Below are positions 1 through 11,067 of a stretch of DNA of 64,000 bases, piece after piece. The stretch comes from an uncultured Gammaproteobacteria bacterium (GTDB lineage: Bacteria > Patescibacteriota > Microgenomatia > Levybacterales > UBA12049), in the NCBI GenBank assembly GCA_964553245.1, contig CAZKJM010000001.1:209806-273805 (forward strand). The letters are read 5' to 3'. The notes under the pieces are model-generated. The model did no database searches and was not told the DNA's origin. It saw only the letters and a list, made by a program, of their open reading frames with translations. Each line of letters begins with the position of its first letter. Positions within the stretch are counted from its first letter, which is position 1. Position numbers and translations under genes: made by a program.

Positions 1-847
<847 letters not shown>

Positions 848-1813
848 TTAAATTATATTTCTCCAATAGTCTAGAGTTTGTCTTAAAGTATCCTCAATTG
901 AAATCGTTGGTTCCCATCCTGTAAGCTTATTTAATTTTGAATAATCACAATATAAATTATGTTCATCAACAGGACGAAGTAATTTTTCATCAATTTCTAC
1001 TTTTATTTTTTCTTTAGAAAAAGAAAGAAGCATATCTAATATGTCTCCTATTTTATACGATTTTCCTGATCCTATATTATAAACCTCTCCTTCTTGTCCT
1101 TTGTCGATTAATAAATCATATGCTCTTACAATGTCTTTAACGTTGGTAAAATCTCTTCTTGAATTTAAATTTCCAACTGGTAAAACCGGGTCGCGTTTGC
1201 CCTTTTCTATTTCTGCAATTTTTTTAGAGAATGCGGAAACAACAAAATTCGGACTTTGACCGGGACCGATATGATTAAAAGGTCTTGCTCTTATAATTTT
1301 TAGACCGTAAGTAATAAAATATTGAAGACCTAAATAATCCTGGGTTATTTTTGAAACCGAATATGGGTTAGCAGGATTTAGCTTGGTATCTTCGTTAACC
1401 GGCAAATCTTTTTCTAAAACCTTGCCATAAATGTCACCCGAAGAAACTACCAATATTTTCGTGTCAAAAAGCTTACTCTTTCTTACTGCCTCCAATAAGC
1501 TAACCTGAACTGATACGTTGTTCATTATCACTTCTATTGGCAAATTAAAGCTTTTAGATGTGGCTGCAAATGCGGCAAGATGATAAACTGTATCGGGTTT
1601 AATCCTTGAAACAATATCTTTTACAATATTATTGTCTGTCAAATCGCCTTTTAGAAAATTTACCTTATCTTTATATCCAATAAAAGAGTTTAATGAACTT
1701 TCATCAAGATATGTCCCATAAATTTCACAATCTTTTTTTTTACTAAGTAAATATTCAATTAAATGATAACCAACAAACCCGGTCGAACCAGTTATGAGGA
1801 TTTTACGTTGCAT
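848..1813 (-). CDS. Extended SDR, GDP-4-keto-6-deoxy-mannose reductase (Rmd)-like
   Basis: ITGSTGFVG Rossmann motif, YSVSK catalytic motif, RPFNHIGPGQ, GNL..RRDF; adjacent to gmd. Confidence 0.8.
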   Translation of the reverse strand: MQRKILITGSTGFVGYHLIEYLLSKKKDCEIYGTYLDESSLNSFIGYKDKVNFLKGDLTDNNIVKDIVSRIKPDTVYHLAAFAATSKSFNLPIEVIMNNVSVQVSLLEAVRKSKLFDTKILVVSSGDIYGKVLEKDLPVNEDTKLNPANPYSVSKITQDYLGLQYFITYGLKIIRARPFNHIGPGQSPNFVVSAFSKKIAEIEKGKRDPVLPVGNLNSRRDFTNVKDIVRAYDLLIDKGQEGEVYNIGSGKSYKIGDILDMLLSFSKEKIKVEIDEKLLRPVDEHNLYCDYSKLNKLTGWEPTISIEDTLRQTLDYWRNII

Positions 1814-1816
1814 AAG

Positions 1817-3106
1817 CTATCTACCAACTCCAATATAAGTAAATCCTAATTTCTTCATTTTTTCACTGTTATAAATGTTTCTTCCGTCAATAATTATTGG
1901 ATTTTTCATAAGTCGCTTTATCTTCTTAAAATCAATCTTCTTAAAATCATCCCACTCCGTTAAAATAATTAAAAGATCTACTCCGTCTACCACAGAATAT
2001 GCATTATTTTTATATTCAATATTCTTAAGTACTTTTTCTGCACTTTCTTTTGACTTTGGATCATATGCTAAAATTTTTGCCCCATCGTTTTGCAGTAAAT
2101 TTATAATATCAATAGCAGGCGCATCCCTCATATCATCCGTATTGGCCTTATAAGCAAGACCTAAAATACCGATCTTCTTACCCCTCAAATCACCCAAGGC
2201 TTTTCTGGTTTTTTTTACGATGTCTCTTTTTGCCTGTTGATTAATATTTTCAACATCTTCAAGAAGAGAAAATTGATAATCATTATCTTTAGCAATGGAA
2301 ATTAAAGCTTTAACATCTTTTGGAAAACAACTTCCACCATATCCCGGACCAGGAGACAAAAACATACTGCCTATTCTTTTGTCCATACCTATTCCTTCTA
2401 ATACTTTTAAAGCGTCTGCGTGCAGTAATTCCGACAATTTTGCAATTGCATTTGCATAAGATATTTTAAGAGCGAGAAAAGAATTTGCAGCATATTTTAT
2501 TAGTTCTGCTGTATCAAAATTTGTCAAAATAACCGGAGCCTTTATGCTTTTGTGCACTTTTACAAGTAAATCTTGTGCCTTTTTGCTTTCCGCACCAATT
2601 ACTATTCTGTCTGGATTAACCGTGTCAGAGATTGCACTTCCTTCTCTTAGAAATTCAGGAACCGATGCATAATCAACCTTAGCGTCTTTTGGCTTGTATT
2701 CTTCTAAAATTCTTCTTACTTTTTTATTAGTTCCTGTCGGAACAGTACTTTTAGTAGCAACTACTGTGTATCCTTTTAAATTCTTGGCAATTTCTTCTGC
2801 AACCTGCAAAACAGATGACAAGTCCGCATCTCCTGTTTTTGTAGTTGGTGTACCCACCGCTATAAAAACAATGTCCGAATCAGGAATTACTTTGTTGTAA
2901 TCTAGGGTAAAAAATAAACGCTTGGCTTTGATATTTTTCTTAACCAGTTCGGAAAGTCTCGGTTCATAAATAGGAATTATTCCTTTTTTTAAATTCTCTA
3001 TTTTCTCTTTTGTGTGACCTATTACATAAACCTTGTTTCCAAAATCAGCGAAAACTGATGCCGTAACTAAGCCCACATAACCATGCCCTACAAATGTAAT
3101 TGTCAT
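1817..3106 (-). CDS. ugd: UDP-glucose 6-dehydrogenase
   Basis: GHGYVG, KSTVP, PEFLREG, GYGGSCFPKD motifs. Confidence 0.92.
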   Translation of the reverse strand: MTITFVGHGYVGLVTASVFADFGNKVYVIGHTKEKIENLKKGIIPIYEPRLSELVKKNIKAKRLFFTLDYNKVIPDSDIVFIAVGTPTTKTGDADLSSVLQVAEEIAKNLKGYTVVATKSTVPTGTNKKVRRILEEYKPKDAKVDYASVPEFLREGSAISDTVNPDRIVIGAESKKAQDLLVKVHKSIKAPVILTNFDTAELIKYAANSFLALKISYANAIAKLSELLHADALKVLEGIGMDKRIGSMFLSPGPGYGGSCFPKDVKALISIAKDNDYQFSLLEDVENINQQAKRDIVKKTRKALGDLRGKKIGILGLAYKANTDDMRDAPAIDIINLLQNDGAKILAYDPKSKESAEKVLKNIEYKNNAYSVVDGVDLLIILTEWDDFKKIDFKKIKRLMKNPIIIDGRNIYNSEKMKKLGFTYIGVGR

Positions 3107-3107
3107 A

Positions 3108-3980
3108 TTAAATAATTAATTGTTTTTTTATTTTATTTAAGCCTTCTTCAAAAGTGCTTAATTTAATCCCGAGTTTTTCTATTTTATCATTATTTAACGC
3201 TAAATTGTATGCCCTCGGCGCTTTATCCTTAAAAAAAATCTCTCTTGTTGTTTTTTCTATTAAGTCTTTGTTTAAATTAAATACTTTTGAAATCTTTATT
3301 GCAGCCTCATAAGGACTAACTATCTCATTCCCTCCCGCGTGAAATTTTCCAGTTAAATCATTTTTAATAATTAATTTAATTACATCCGAAAGATCGTCAA
3401 TAAATGTCGGAGTAAAATAATGATCACACACTGCGGTTAATTTTTTACCTTCTTCAAGTAATCTTTTAAAAAACCTCACGTATTCTTCTTTTTCAAATTT
3501 TGCTCTATACGGATAGGCTATTCTTAAAATTACCCAAGGACAAGCTGCTTTCTCCACAAACTTTTCCGCTTCTTCTTTTGTTTTTGCATAAAAATTAGCT
3601 GCACCCGTTTGATCATTTTCCGAGTATTTATCAGGTAATTCCTTGTCGCCGGAAAAAACCATATCTGTTGATAAATAGATTATTTTTTTGTTAAATTTTT
3701 CACATGCCTCTAAAACGTTTTTTGTTCCCAAAACATTTACTTGCCATACTGTGCTTTTTTCTTGTAAGCTTTTTTCTTTTTCTGCATCATCTACGCCTGT
3801 AAATGCTGCTAGATGGAGAATTGTTCTTGCCGAAGAATTACTTATTGCTTCAAAAATCTGTTCTTTTATAGAAACGTCAACTCCGTATTTTCTGCTTAAA
3901 TCCCTAAATTCAAAATCGGGTAATAACTCAACTATTCTTGAACCAACAAGTCCCGATAAACCTGTTCCTAATATCTTCAT
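3108..3980 (-). CDS. rfbD: dTDP-4-dehydrorhamnose reductase
   Basis: GLSGLVG, HLAAFT.VD.AE, STDMVF, YAKTK, TPTF. Confidence 0.85.
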   Translation of the reverse strand: MKILGTGLSGLVGSRIVELLPDFEFRDLSRKYGVDVSIKEQIFEAISNSSARTILHLAAFTGVDDAEKEKSLQEKSTVWQVNVLGTKNVLEACEKFNKKIIYLSTDMVFSGDKELPDKYSENDQTGAANFYAKTKEEAEKFVEKAACPWVILRIAYPYRAKFEKEEYVRFFKRLLEEGKKLTAVCDHYFTPTFIDDLSDVIKLIIKNDLTGKFHAGGNEIVSPYEAAIKISKVFNLNKDLIEKTTREIFFKDKAPRAYNLALNNDKIEKLGIKLSTFEEGLNKIKKQLII

Positions 3981-4990
3981 ATTTTTCTGTATTGCTTCTC
4001 ATAGTATTTTTGATATTCTCCGTTTTTTACATTTTTCCACCAACTTTCGTTTTCTTTATACCATTCAATTGTCTTCTCAAGCCATTCATCGAAACTATGA
4101 AGAGGCTCCCATCCTAATTCATTTTTTATTTTTGACCAATCGACTGCATATCTTCTGTCATGGCCAAGTCTATCCTTAACAAATTCTATAGAATCTTCAT
4201 TCTTTCCTAAAATGTTTAAAATCTTTTTTATAACCGTTAAGTTATTAACGTCTTCCGTTAAACCACCTATGCAGTAAGTTTCTCCAACTTTTCCTTTTTG
4301 CAAAATTAAATCAATAGCTCTGCAATGATCCTCAACATAAAGCCAATCTCTTACGTAAAGTCCATCTCCATATACGGGAACTTTCTTATCCTCTAATAAA
4401 TTCGTAATTGCTAATGGAATTACTTTTTCCGGAAATTGTAGCGGTCCAAAATTATTTGAGCAGTTAGAAATTGTCACTGGTAAACCGTAGGTATGATAAT
4501 ATGCCATTACCAAATGATCTGACGCTGCTTTACTTGCTGAATACGGACTTCTGGGATCATAATTTGTTCGTTCATTAAATTTACTCATTTCATTAAGTTT
4601 TAAGCTCCCATAAACCTCATCTGTAGAAATATGATGAAATCTTTTAACATTGTTTTTAAGCACTGCATCTAGCAATACTTGTGTTCCTATAACATTTGTT
4701 GTCACAAAAGACGACGGCTCAAGTATTGATCTGTCAACGTGGCTTTCTGCTGCAAAATGAACTATTACATCAATTTCTCTAACTACCTCGTTAACAAACT
4801 TTGGATCACAAATATCACCATGGGTAAATTTATAATTTTTGTTATTTTCTACAGACTTAAGGTTTTCTAAATTACCAGCGTATGTTAATTTATCCAGATT
4901 AACAATTTGGTCATTGGGATGATTCTTAAGCCAATAAAGTATAAAATTTGAACCAATAAATCCCGCTCCGCCTGTTATTAACATCTTCAT
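3977..4990 (-). CDS. rfbB: dTDP-glucose 4,6-dehydratase
   Basis: TGGAGFIG, DKLTYAGN, HFAAESHVDRS, STDEVYG, YSASK. Confidence 0.97.
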   Translation of the reverse strand: MKMLITGGAGFIGSNFILYWLKNHPNDQIVNLDKLTYAGNLENLKSVENNKNYKFTHGDICDPKFVNEVVREIDVIVHFAAESHVDRSILEPSSFVTTNVIGTQVLLDAVLKNNVKRFHHISTDEVYGSLKLNEMSKFNERTNYDPRSPYSASKAASDHLVMAYYHTYGLPVTISNCSNNFGPLQFPEKVIPLAITNLLEDKKVPVYGDGLYVRDWLYVEDHCRAIDLILQKGKVGETYCIGGLTEDVNNLTVIKKILNILGKNEDSIEFVKDRLGHDRRYAVDWSKIKNELGWEPLHSFDEWLEKTIEWYKENESWWKNVKNGEYQKYYEKQYRKI

Positions 4991-5529
4991 AATCTTTTTT
5001 CCTTAACTAATTTTTCTATTAAGAGAATAGCATACATTGTCGGTAGATTGTTAACTTTTCCCTCTAAAACCATTTCTACTGTCTTTTTTAAGGGGATTTT
5101 TATTAGCTCAATTGTTTCTCCTTCTTCCGGTTTTGGCTCTTTCTCCTCCAATTCTTTTGCCAAAAAATAATGAAGCCTTGATTGAACAACACTTGCGGAT
5201 CCTTCAACCCTTCCTATTTCTTCCCAATGTCTTGCTATTAATCCTGTTTCTTCTCTTAATTCTCTTTTTGCTGCAAAAAGCGCTTTTTCTCCATCATCAA
5301 TATGTCCTGCTGTGAATTCAATTACATAATCATTGAACATATGTCTGTATTGCCTTATTAAGTATAGCTCGTAATCATTGGTTAATGGAATAATCATAAC
5401 GGAGGGCTTTCTTATTACGGTTTCGTATGTATGCTTATTCCCATTTGGTAATAAAATTTTTTCTTTTTCTACTTCAAAAAATTTTGTTTTTAAAAGCTTT
5501 TTTCGGGAAATTATTTTCCAGTTACTCAT
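4987..5529 (-). CDS. Nudix hydrolase (ADP-ribose/NDP-sugar pyrophosphatase-like)
   Basis: Nudix box AGHIDDGE...AAKRELREETG; LIRQYR. Confidence 0.85.
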   Translation of the reverse strand: MSNWKIISRKKLLKTKFFEVEKEKILLPNGNKHTYETVIRKPSVMIIPLTNDYELYLIRQYRHMFNDYVIEFTAGHIDDGEKALFAAKRELREETGLIARHWEEIGRVEGSASVVQSRLHYFLAKELEEKEPKPEEGETIELIKIPLKKTVEMVLEGKVNNLPTMYAILLIEKLVKEKRL

Positions 5530-6267
5530 TTAAAGCTCCCCATTTTTTACTTTTTCAGATACGAGGTTATTTGCTCTTAACAATTCATCGTGCGATGTCC
5601 CAGCGTCTATCCACCAATTAATTAGTTCGCAAGTTAAAGAACCTTCTTTAAGATAAAAATTATTTAAATCCGTAACTTCTAATTCACCACGTCCTGACGG
5701 CTTTAATTTTTTAATAAAGTCGCATACTCTCTTGTCGTAAATATATATACCCGATTGAGCAATGTCCGACTTTGGAAATTCCGGTTTTTCTTCTATTGAT
5801 AATACTTTGCCGCTTTTATCTACTTCTATTACTCCATATTGTCCTGATTCTGTTGGCATTTTTACTCCAAAAACCATTGCTCCCTTGCTTTTTTCTTCAA
5901 ATTTTTTTACATAATTACTAAGATCAAAGCTAAAAATATTGTCACCTAAAATAACAAGCAAGTTATCGTCTTCGGCAAATTCTTTAGTTAACATAATTGC
6001 GTCGGCAATTCCACCTTTTGCATTTTTTTGAACAGCATAATAAAGTTTTATACCAAAGTCCTCTCCAGCTCCTAAAAGGCTGGCAAAATGCCCTGCATGG
6101 TCAGGAGAACTAGTGATCAAAACCTCTTTTACTCCTGCTTTTACCATTGACTCTATTGGATAATAAATCATTGGTTTATTGTAAATAGGTAAAAGATGTT
6201 TGTTAGTAACTAACGTAAGCGGTCTTAGTCTGGTTGCCATTCCACCTGCCAATATTACCCCTTTCAT
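5530..6267 (-). CDS. rfbA: Glucose-1-phosphate thymidylyltransferase-family nucleotidyltransferase
   Basis: ILAGGMATRLRPLT, KHLLPIYNKPMIYY, LGDN, EEKP, RGELEVTD. Confidence 0.85.
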   Translation of the reverse strand: MKGVILAGGMATRLRPLTLVTNKHLLPIYNKPMIYYPIESMVKAGVKEVLITSSPDHAGHFASLLGAGEDFGIKLYYAVQKNAKGGIADAIMLTKEFAEDDNLLVILGDNIFSFDLSNYVKKFEEKSKGAMVFGVKMPTESGQYGVIEVDKSGKVLSIEEKPEFPKSDIAQSGIYIYDKRVCDFIKKLKPSGRGELEVTDLNNFYLKEGSLTCELINWWIDAGTSHDELLRANNLVSEKVKNGEL

Positions 6268-6310
6268 ATTTCGATCTCCTCACTATGATATTGAGTATTA
6301 GTCGGATGCA

Positions 6311-6583
6311 TCATAATCCCATTCCTCCTTTGAGTAAAAATAGCATAATTGTTATCCCAAGACTTCCAATAAGTACATATTCTATCATAATTCTTACCGT
6401 TAAATCATGATTTATTTTGTGATGTAATAATCCCCAACCGATATAAAAAATCGTTGTTATTATAAATACAAGCATCTGAAGCTGTCTATTTGGTGAAGCA
6501 AAAAGAAAAAGTAAAAAACCCAATATTAAAAGGCTAACCAAAGAAAAATAATAACCTATATGCCTATCTGTTTTTTTCATCAT
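6311..6583 (-). CDS. Small three-TM membrane protein, unknown function
   Basis: Three hydrophobic segments; abuts the CAP gene. Confidence 0.7.
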   Translation of the reverse strand: MMKKTDRHIGYYFSLVSLLILGFLLFLFASPNRQLQMLVFIITTIFYIGWGLLHHKINHDLTVRIMIEYVLIGSLGITIMLFLLKGGMGL

Positions 6584-7497
6584 TAAATTACTATTCCGTT
6601 AGTTAATATTCCAATCATTATTAATAATAATCCCAAGAATAAAATATGGTCAATATTGTGCCCCACAAATCTAACTAATTTCCTTCGTTCAATTACAATC
6701 ATATCTAAAAGTAGTACTAAAATTAAAAGAATAATTATTGTTTTTGCTATATTGGAAGAAAGATTAATACTATCAATTAATGGTTCCTCTGAATTAATTT
6801 GCGCGGAACTTCTTTTAATTTCCGCGCCAAGCTTACTACCCGCAACTTGAGCCACATTTTGCACACTCGGCTGCTCTTCTGCTTTTACCAAGGATGATTC
6901 AATTTCTTTTTTTGTTTCCTGAGGCACTTGAGCCAATTCCCTGCTTCCAAACATTTCAACTACTAAAACAGTTTCTTCACCGTTTAATACTCCAGTATTA
7001 ACGGCAAAACCTATTTCTTTATAATTTGGGGATAAAATATTTTTTTTATGCGTCGGGCTTGCCATCCATGCATTTATTACATCCGTTGTATTAGTAAAAC
7101 CTCTCGCTAAATTTTCTCCTGCATAAACATAGTTATATCCGGCATTTTTAATAAATATCCATGGGGTTTTACCACTAGGTGATTCGTGAGCCCAGTAATT
7201 TTCGGAAAACATATCTATTGCTTTACCGGCAGCTGCATTCGACAATTCTTGATTAAGACTTAAAGGCGCTAATCCATTTGCTTGCCTTTGACTATTTGTA
7301 AGCAATAATAATTCATCGTAAGTAATATTGCTAGAAATTCCCAAAACAGAAGAAAAATTATTCCTTAAAAAGGAAAGCGCAAATCCTCCAATAAACAAGA
7401 ATATAATCAAGAATAAAATACTCTTGTGGTGAAGCAATCTCGCCCTGTAATTATTTGATTCATGAGGATAAAAATAATGAATCAAAAACTTCATCAT
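6583..7497 (-). CDS. Membrane-anchored CAP (SCP) domain protein
   Basis: TNSQR..NGL..L, YWAH, GENLA, WMASPTHKKNIL; N- and C-terminal TM helices. Confidence 0.88.
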   Translation of the reverse strand: MMKFLIHYFYPHESNNYRARLLHHKSILFLIIFLFIGGFALSFLRNNFSSVLGISSNITYDELLLLTNSQRQANGLAPLSLNQELSNAAAGKAIDMFSENYWAHESPSGKTPWIFIKNAGYNYVYAGENLARGFTNTTDVINAWMASPTHKKNILSPNYKEIGFAVNTGVLNGEETVLVVEMFGSRELAQVPQETKKEIESSLVKAEEQPSVQNVAQVAGSKLGAEIKRSSAQINSEEPLIDSINLSSNIAKTIIILLILVLLLDMIVIERRKLVRFVGHNIDHILFLGLLLIMIGILTNGIVI

Positions 7498-7540
7498 AAG
7501 ATTATTATTCCATTTTTATTTTAAAATACAAGAAGATACT

Positions 7541-8470
7541 TCATTTGTAAGCTGGTTCTACTGATCTTAGGTTGCCGTTAATCGGGATCTTTAAAAAATG
7601 ACTTAAAGAATTTGCTATTGATAAACCAACTCTTAAACCGGTATACGAACCCGGTCCGGTATTAACTTTTATTTCTGATAGGTTATTTAAATTCATTCTG
7701 TGTTTTTTTAAGATTTTTTCAATCATAGGCAAAACCGCTTGCGCTTTTTGATAATTAATTTTTTGCTTATTAACATACTGCTTTTTCCTGATTTTTATTC
7801 CTACAGATATATATTCATTACTGGAAGTATCTATTTGCAAAATAACATTTTTTTCTTTTGACATTTCTTCGTCGGTTGGGGGATTAATATCTGATATTTC
7901 TATTGCTCCTTGTCTTAATATTTTCCAAGGAATTTTTGAACAATCGATAACCGTCGAAGGTGTTTTTAATTTACACTTTCCTTCCAATGTAAAATCTACT
8001 TTCTCTATTATTTTTAGGTCAATATCAGTTAACTCATAGGGAGTAGCTAAGCCCACAAAGTTTGCAGACGAACCGATTATTGGAACCCCAACTTTGTTTA
8101 TTAAATCTAAAATTTTTTTATTATTTGGCATTCTGACTCCTAAAGTATTTCCATTGCCTCTTATAAGCGGATTTATTTTTTCTTTTTCGCAAGCAAGGAC
8201 AATGGTTAATGCACCCGGCCAATATTTACTTATTAATTTTTCAAAAACTTCCTTAGGAATTTTTTTTAGATACTTACTTGCCATTTCTACGCTTCCCACC
8301 AAAACGGGAAAGGGTTGATTCTTTTTTCTACCTCTTATTTTTATTAATTTTTTAATTGCCCTGTCGCTATCTATCCTACAACCTATTCCAAACGCCGTGT
8401 CAGTTGGAAAAATTATTATTCCTTCGTTGCGAAGAACATCACTTGCTTTTTTTAAATCAAAATCTTTCAT
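7541..8470 (-). CDS. tsaC: Fused TsaC (Sua5/YrdC) and TsaB N-terminal domain
   Basis: FPTDTAFG, WPGALT, GVRMP, SSAN, PSTVID (TsaC); ILQIDTSS and GPGSYTGLRVG (TsaB). Confidence 0.88.
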   Translation of the reverse strand: MKDFDLKKASDVLRNEGIIIFPTDTAFGIGCRIDSDRAIKKLIKIRGRKKNQPFPVLVGSVEMASKYLKKIPKEVFEKLISKYWPGALTIVLACEKEKINPLIRGNGNTLGVRMPNNKKILDLINKVGVPIIGSSANFVGLATPYELTDIDLKIIEKVDFTLEGKCKLKTPSTVIDCSKIPWKILRQGAIEISDINPPTDEEMSKEKNVILQIDTSSNEYISVGIKIRKKQYVNKQKINYQKAQAVLPMIEKILKKHRMNLNNLSEIKVNTGPGSYTGLRVGLSIANSLSHFLKIPINGNLRSVEPAYK

Positions 8471-8901
8471 TTAAATTCAATCTCTCTTTCGTTATCTTTT
8501 AAATATTTAAATTTTATTTCTGTTCTGTTTTTCGGCAATAATTTTCTTATTTTTTCTGACCATTCTATAGCGACTATATTATTTTTATCGTTGATAATTT
8601 CGTCTAATTCCATTCCTACAACATCGTTTTCGCTATCAATTCTATATAAATCAATGTGGTAAAAATATTTTGCTTTTATTTTTTTATTGTTAAGCTTATA
8701 GCTTCTTACAATTATAAACGTTGGGGAGATTATTCTATTCTTTATACCAAGTCCACTAACTAAACCTTGGACAAAAGTAGTTTTTCCTCCACCCAATTCT
8801 CCTGAAAGCGCAATAACTTCTCCTCCTTTAAGGGTACTAGAAAACTTTTCCCCTAATAATTGAGTTTCTTTGAAATTTTTTGTTATGACCATTTGACTCA
8901 T
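8467..8901 (-). CDS. tsaE: tRNA t6A biosynthesis ATPase TsaE
   Basis: GELGGGKTT, SPTF, HIDLYR, IEW. Confidence 0.96.
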   Translation of the reverse strand: MSQMVITKNFKETQLLGEKFSSTLKGGEVIALSGELGGGKTTFVQGLVSGLGIKNRIISPTFIIVRSYKLNNKKIKAKYFYHIDLYRIDSENDVVGMELDEIINDKNNIVAIEWSEKIRKLLPKNRTEIKFKYLKDNEREIEFK

Positions 8902-9761
8902 AAATTATTCTTTTTCTTTTTGTAAAAAAGATATCCAAGTATACCACAGATAACCATAAAGACTCCTCCAATTATGGTAAAAATAGGAAATAGATTATTT
9001 TTTCCTTTCACAATAACTTTTTCTATTTTTTTAGTTGGGGTCAGAGTTGCGCTTGAAGTTCCTATATTAATTATATTCTTACCCAAAACCAAAGTTTTCT
9101 TTGTAGTAACGGTTTTATAGATGTTATTAGATTTTACTGTAGTAGTGGTTGTAGCGAAAGTAAGTGTTGTAACTAATTTTGTTGTGTTACTACTCCTCGT
9201 CGGAGTTGGTGTTTTAGTAGGAGACTTTGTGTTGGTTGCGGTTGGTGTTTTAGTAGGAGACGGAGTAACTGTGAAAGTAGGTGTTAACGTAGGAGTTAAA
9301 GTCGGAGGCAAGCTATTCTCACAACCTTTCGTTGAATTAGACAAAACAGTAATCTCACCTACTCCGTCGGGCGATCTTCCAATTGAGACTTCAGATCCGT
9401 AATCGTTTTCATATTTATATTGATCAATAATCTCACCAGTTGGCGAAAACAAAACTACATAATCTCCATCATTATTTAAAAAAGAAGAGCATTCAAAGTA
9501 AGGATAAAGGAGATTTGAGTTATTTATTTCCGAAAGCGATTTTTTTGAACTACTTCCGGAATCGCTTGTAAAATCCGGGTCATCATCTAAGTAATAATTT
9601 AATAGATCTAGATTGTCAGGATTGTAAAATTCAACCCACTCTTTATTTCCTGTTAACGGATGAGGAAAAAATTCGTTAATTTTTAAGCTTGAAGCAAAGG
9701 AAATATCCGTAAAATAAATATTTAGAAAAAATAGTATTAAAATAAATAAAATTTTTTTCAC
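8898..9761 (-). CDS. Surface protein: lamin-tail domain, Thr/Pro-rich stalk, C-terminal TM
   Basis: Signal peptide; KINEFFP..EWVEFYN, LNNDGD.V.L, SIGR.PDG; (TP)n tract; TM followed by a Lys tail. Confidence 0.75.
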   Translation of the reverse strand: MKKILFILILFFLNIYFTDISFASSLKINEFFPHPLTGNKEWVEFYNPDNLDLLNYYLDDDPDFTSDSGSSSKKSLSEINNSNLLYPYFECSSFLNNDGDYVVLFSPTGEIIDQYKYENDYGSEVSIGRSPDGVGEITVLSNSTKGCENSLPPTLTPTLTPTFTVTPSPTKTPTATNTKSPTKTPTPTRSSNTTKLVTTLTFATTTTTVKSNNIYKTVTTKKTLVLGKNIINIGTSSATLTPTKKIEKVIVKGKNNLFPIFTIIGGVFMVICGILGYLFYKKKKNNL

Positions 9762-9830
9762 TTAATTAGTTACTAATAAGAGTATTAAATAAATAACTGA
9801 TGAATATCAAGGAATAAAACTAAGAAGAAA

Positions 9831-11057
9831 TTAAAAAGTGTAATTTATGTGTAAATAAAAAGTTTCGAATCCTTCGTCACTTATAACCCTTACATATCTA
9901 AGTCTACATCCTCCTGAGCCAGAATAACTTCCCTGATATAGCTTTCCGCTTTTTACCGCTTTAACGTCCAAAGAGGACCCTTCTATGTCTATACCATTAT
10001 GAAAATTATATATTTGACTAACCCAAGTATATTTAGTTGCCCAAGTCGATCCGTAACCCTGATTAAGCCGTATCCTAGGATCCATCGGCCAATTCCAACT
10101 ACCAGAAGGGTTAAAAGGATCTGCGTCTGCGCTTCCACAAGATGACCCAGAACAGTTTTCATAATCTACCGATTTTAAATAATTAAACGGGTTTTGCACC
10201 GAACCGTCTTTACTAATCATAAAATGGAGATGCGTCCCGCCTGAGTTACATGAAGTCCCTGATATCACTGTTGCAATTTTTTGTCCCTCGCTAACCATTC
10301 CCACTTCTTCTTCCTGTCCCTTACCGGCAACAATTCCTTGAATTGCTTCATATTCCGCTCTTGCCTGAGCTAAAAGATTCTGATAAGTTTGTTCATCATT
10401 TCTGGTAACTGTTAGTAATTGATCTTTAACTGCCTTTTCCGTAGCTAACTGCTGTGTGTATGTTTCTAATTCTTTTTTTAAAGCTTCTATCTTTGCTTTT
10501 TTTTCTTCAAAAATATCTTTTTGATTTGCGTAATCGACTTTTGCCTGTTCGGTTTCGTAAATAAGCCTTTTATCGTGAGTTTGAGCGATTTTTAAGTAAT
10601 TAAGTTTTGTAAAAAAGTTGGATGCATTATTCGAAGACAACAAAACATAAAATGGCTGGACTGTTCCAACCTCATAAGTTGCAACAATCCTATTTAATAA
10701 AACCTTTGTTAAATCATCTAACGATTGCTCTAGGGTGCCAATTTTTTTTGTAGTAGTATCTATGTCTACCTCTAGATTTAATATTTGTTCTTTATTTGCT
10801 TCTATTCTGTATTCTGTTAATTTTATCTGATTATCCATTACCGCGATTTGAGATGAAAGAGTTTTTTCCTGACTTTGAAGCTCGTTTACTTTATTCTGTA
10901 GCTCATTTATTCTTTTTTCTAATTCAGATGCATTAGAAGATACCTTTGTTGTTGTGGTAGTGGATTCCTCTGCGAAACTAAAATATTTTCCCGTTGTAAA
11001 TACAATTATTAGTAAAACTAATGTAAATAAAAAAGTCTTTTTTATCCTTAAAATCAT
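9831..11057 (-). CDS. Coiled-coil (PcsB/EnvC-like) M23 peptidase, circularly permuted
   Basis: Signal peptide, long coiled coil, HLHF motif followed by HNGID motif; directly downstream of ftsX. Confidence 0.82.
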   Translation of the reverse strand: MILRIKKTFLFTLVLLIIVFTTGKYFSFAEESTTTTTKVSSNASELEKRINELQNKVNELQSQEKTLSSQIAVMDNQIKLTEYRIEANKEQILNLEVDIDTTTKKIGTLEQSLDDLTKVLLNRIVATYEVGTVQPFYVLLSSNNASNFFTKLNYLKIAQTHDKRLIYETEQAKVDYANQKDIFEEKKAKIEALKKELETYTQQLATEKAVKDQLLTVTRNDEQTYQNLLAQARAEYEAIQGIVAGKGQEEEVGMVSEGQKIATVISGTSCNSGGTHLHFMISKDGSVQNPFNYLKSVDYENCSGSSCGSADADPFNPSGSWNWPMDPRIRLNQGYGSTWATKYTWVSQIYNFHNGIDIEGSSLDVKAVKSGKLYQGSYSGSGGCRLRYVRVISDEGFETFYLHINYTF

Positions 11058-11067
11058 AAACCATAAA

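Noticed and set aside
9130-9310. Thr/Pro tandem repeats
   Set aside because: Ordinary low-complexity stalk of a surface protein
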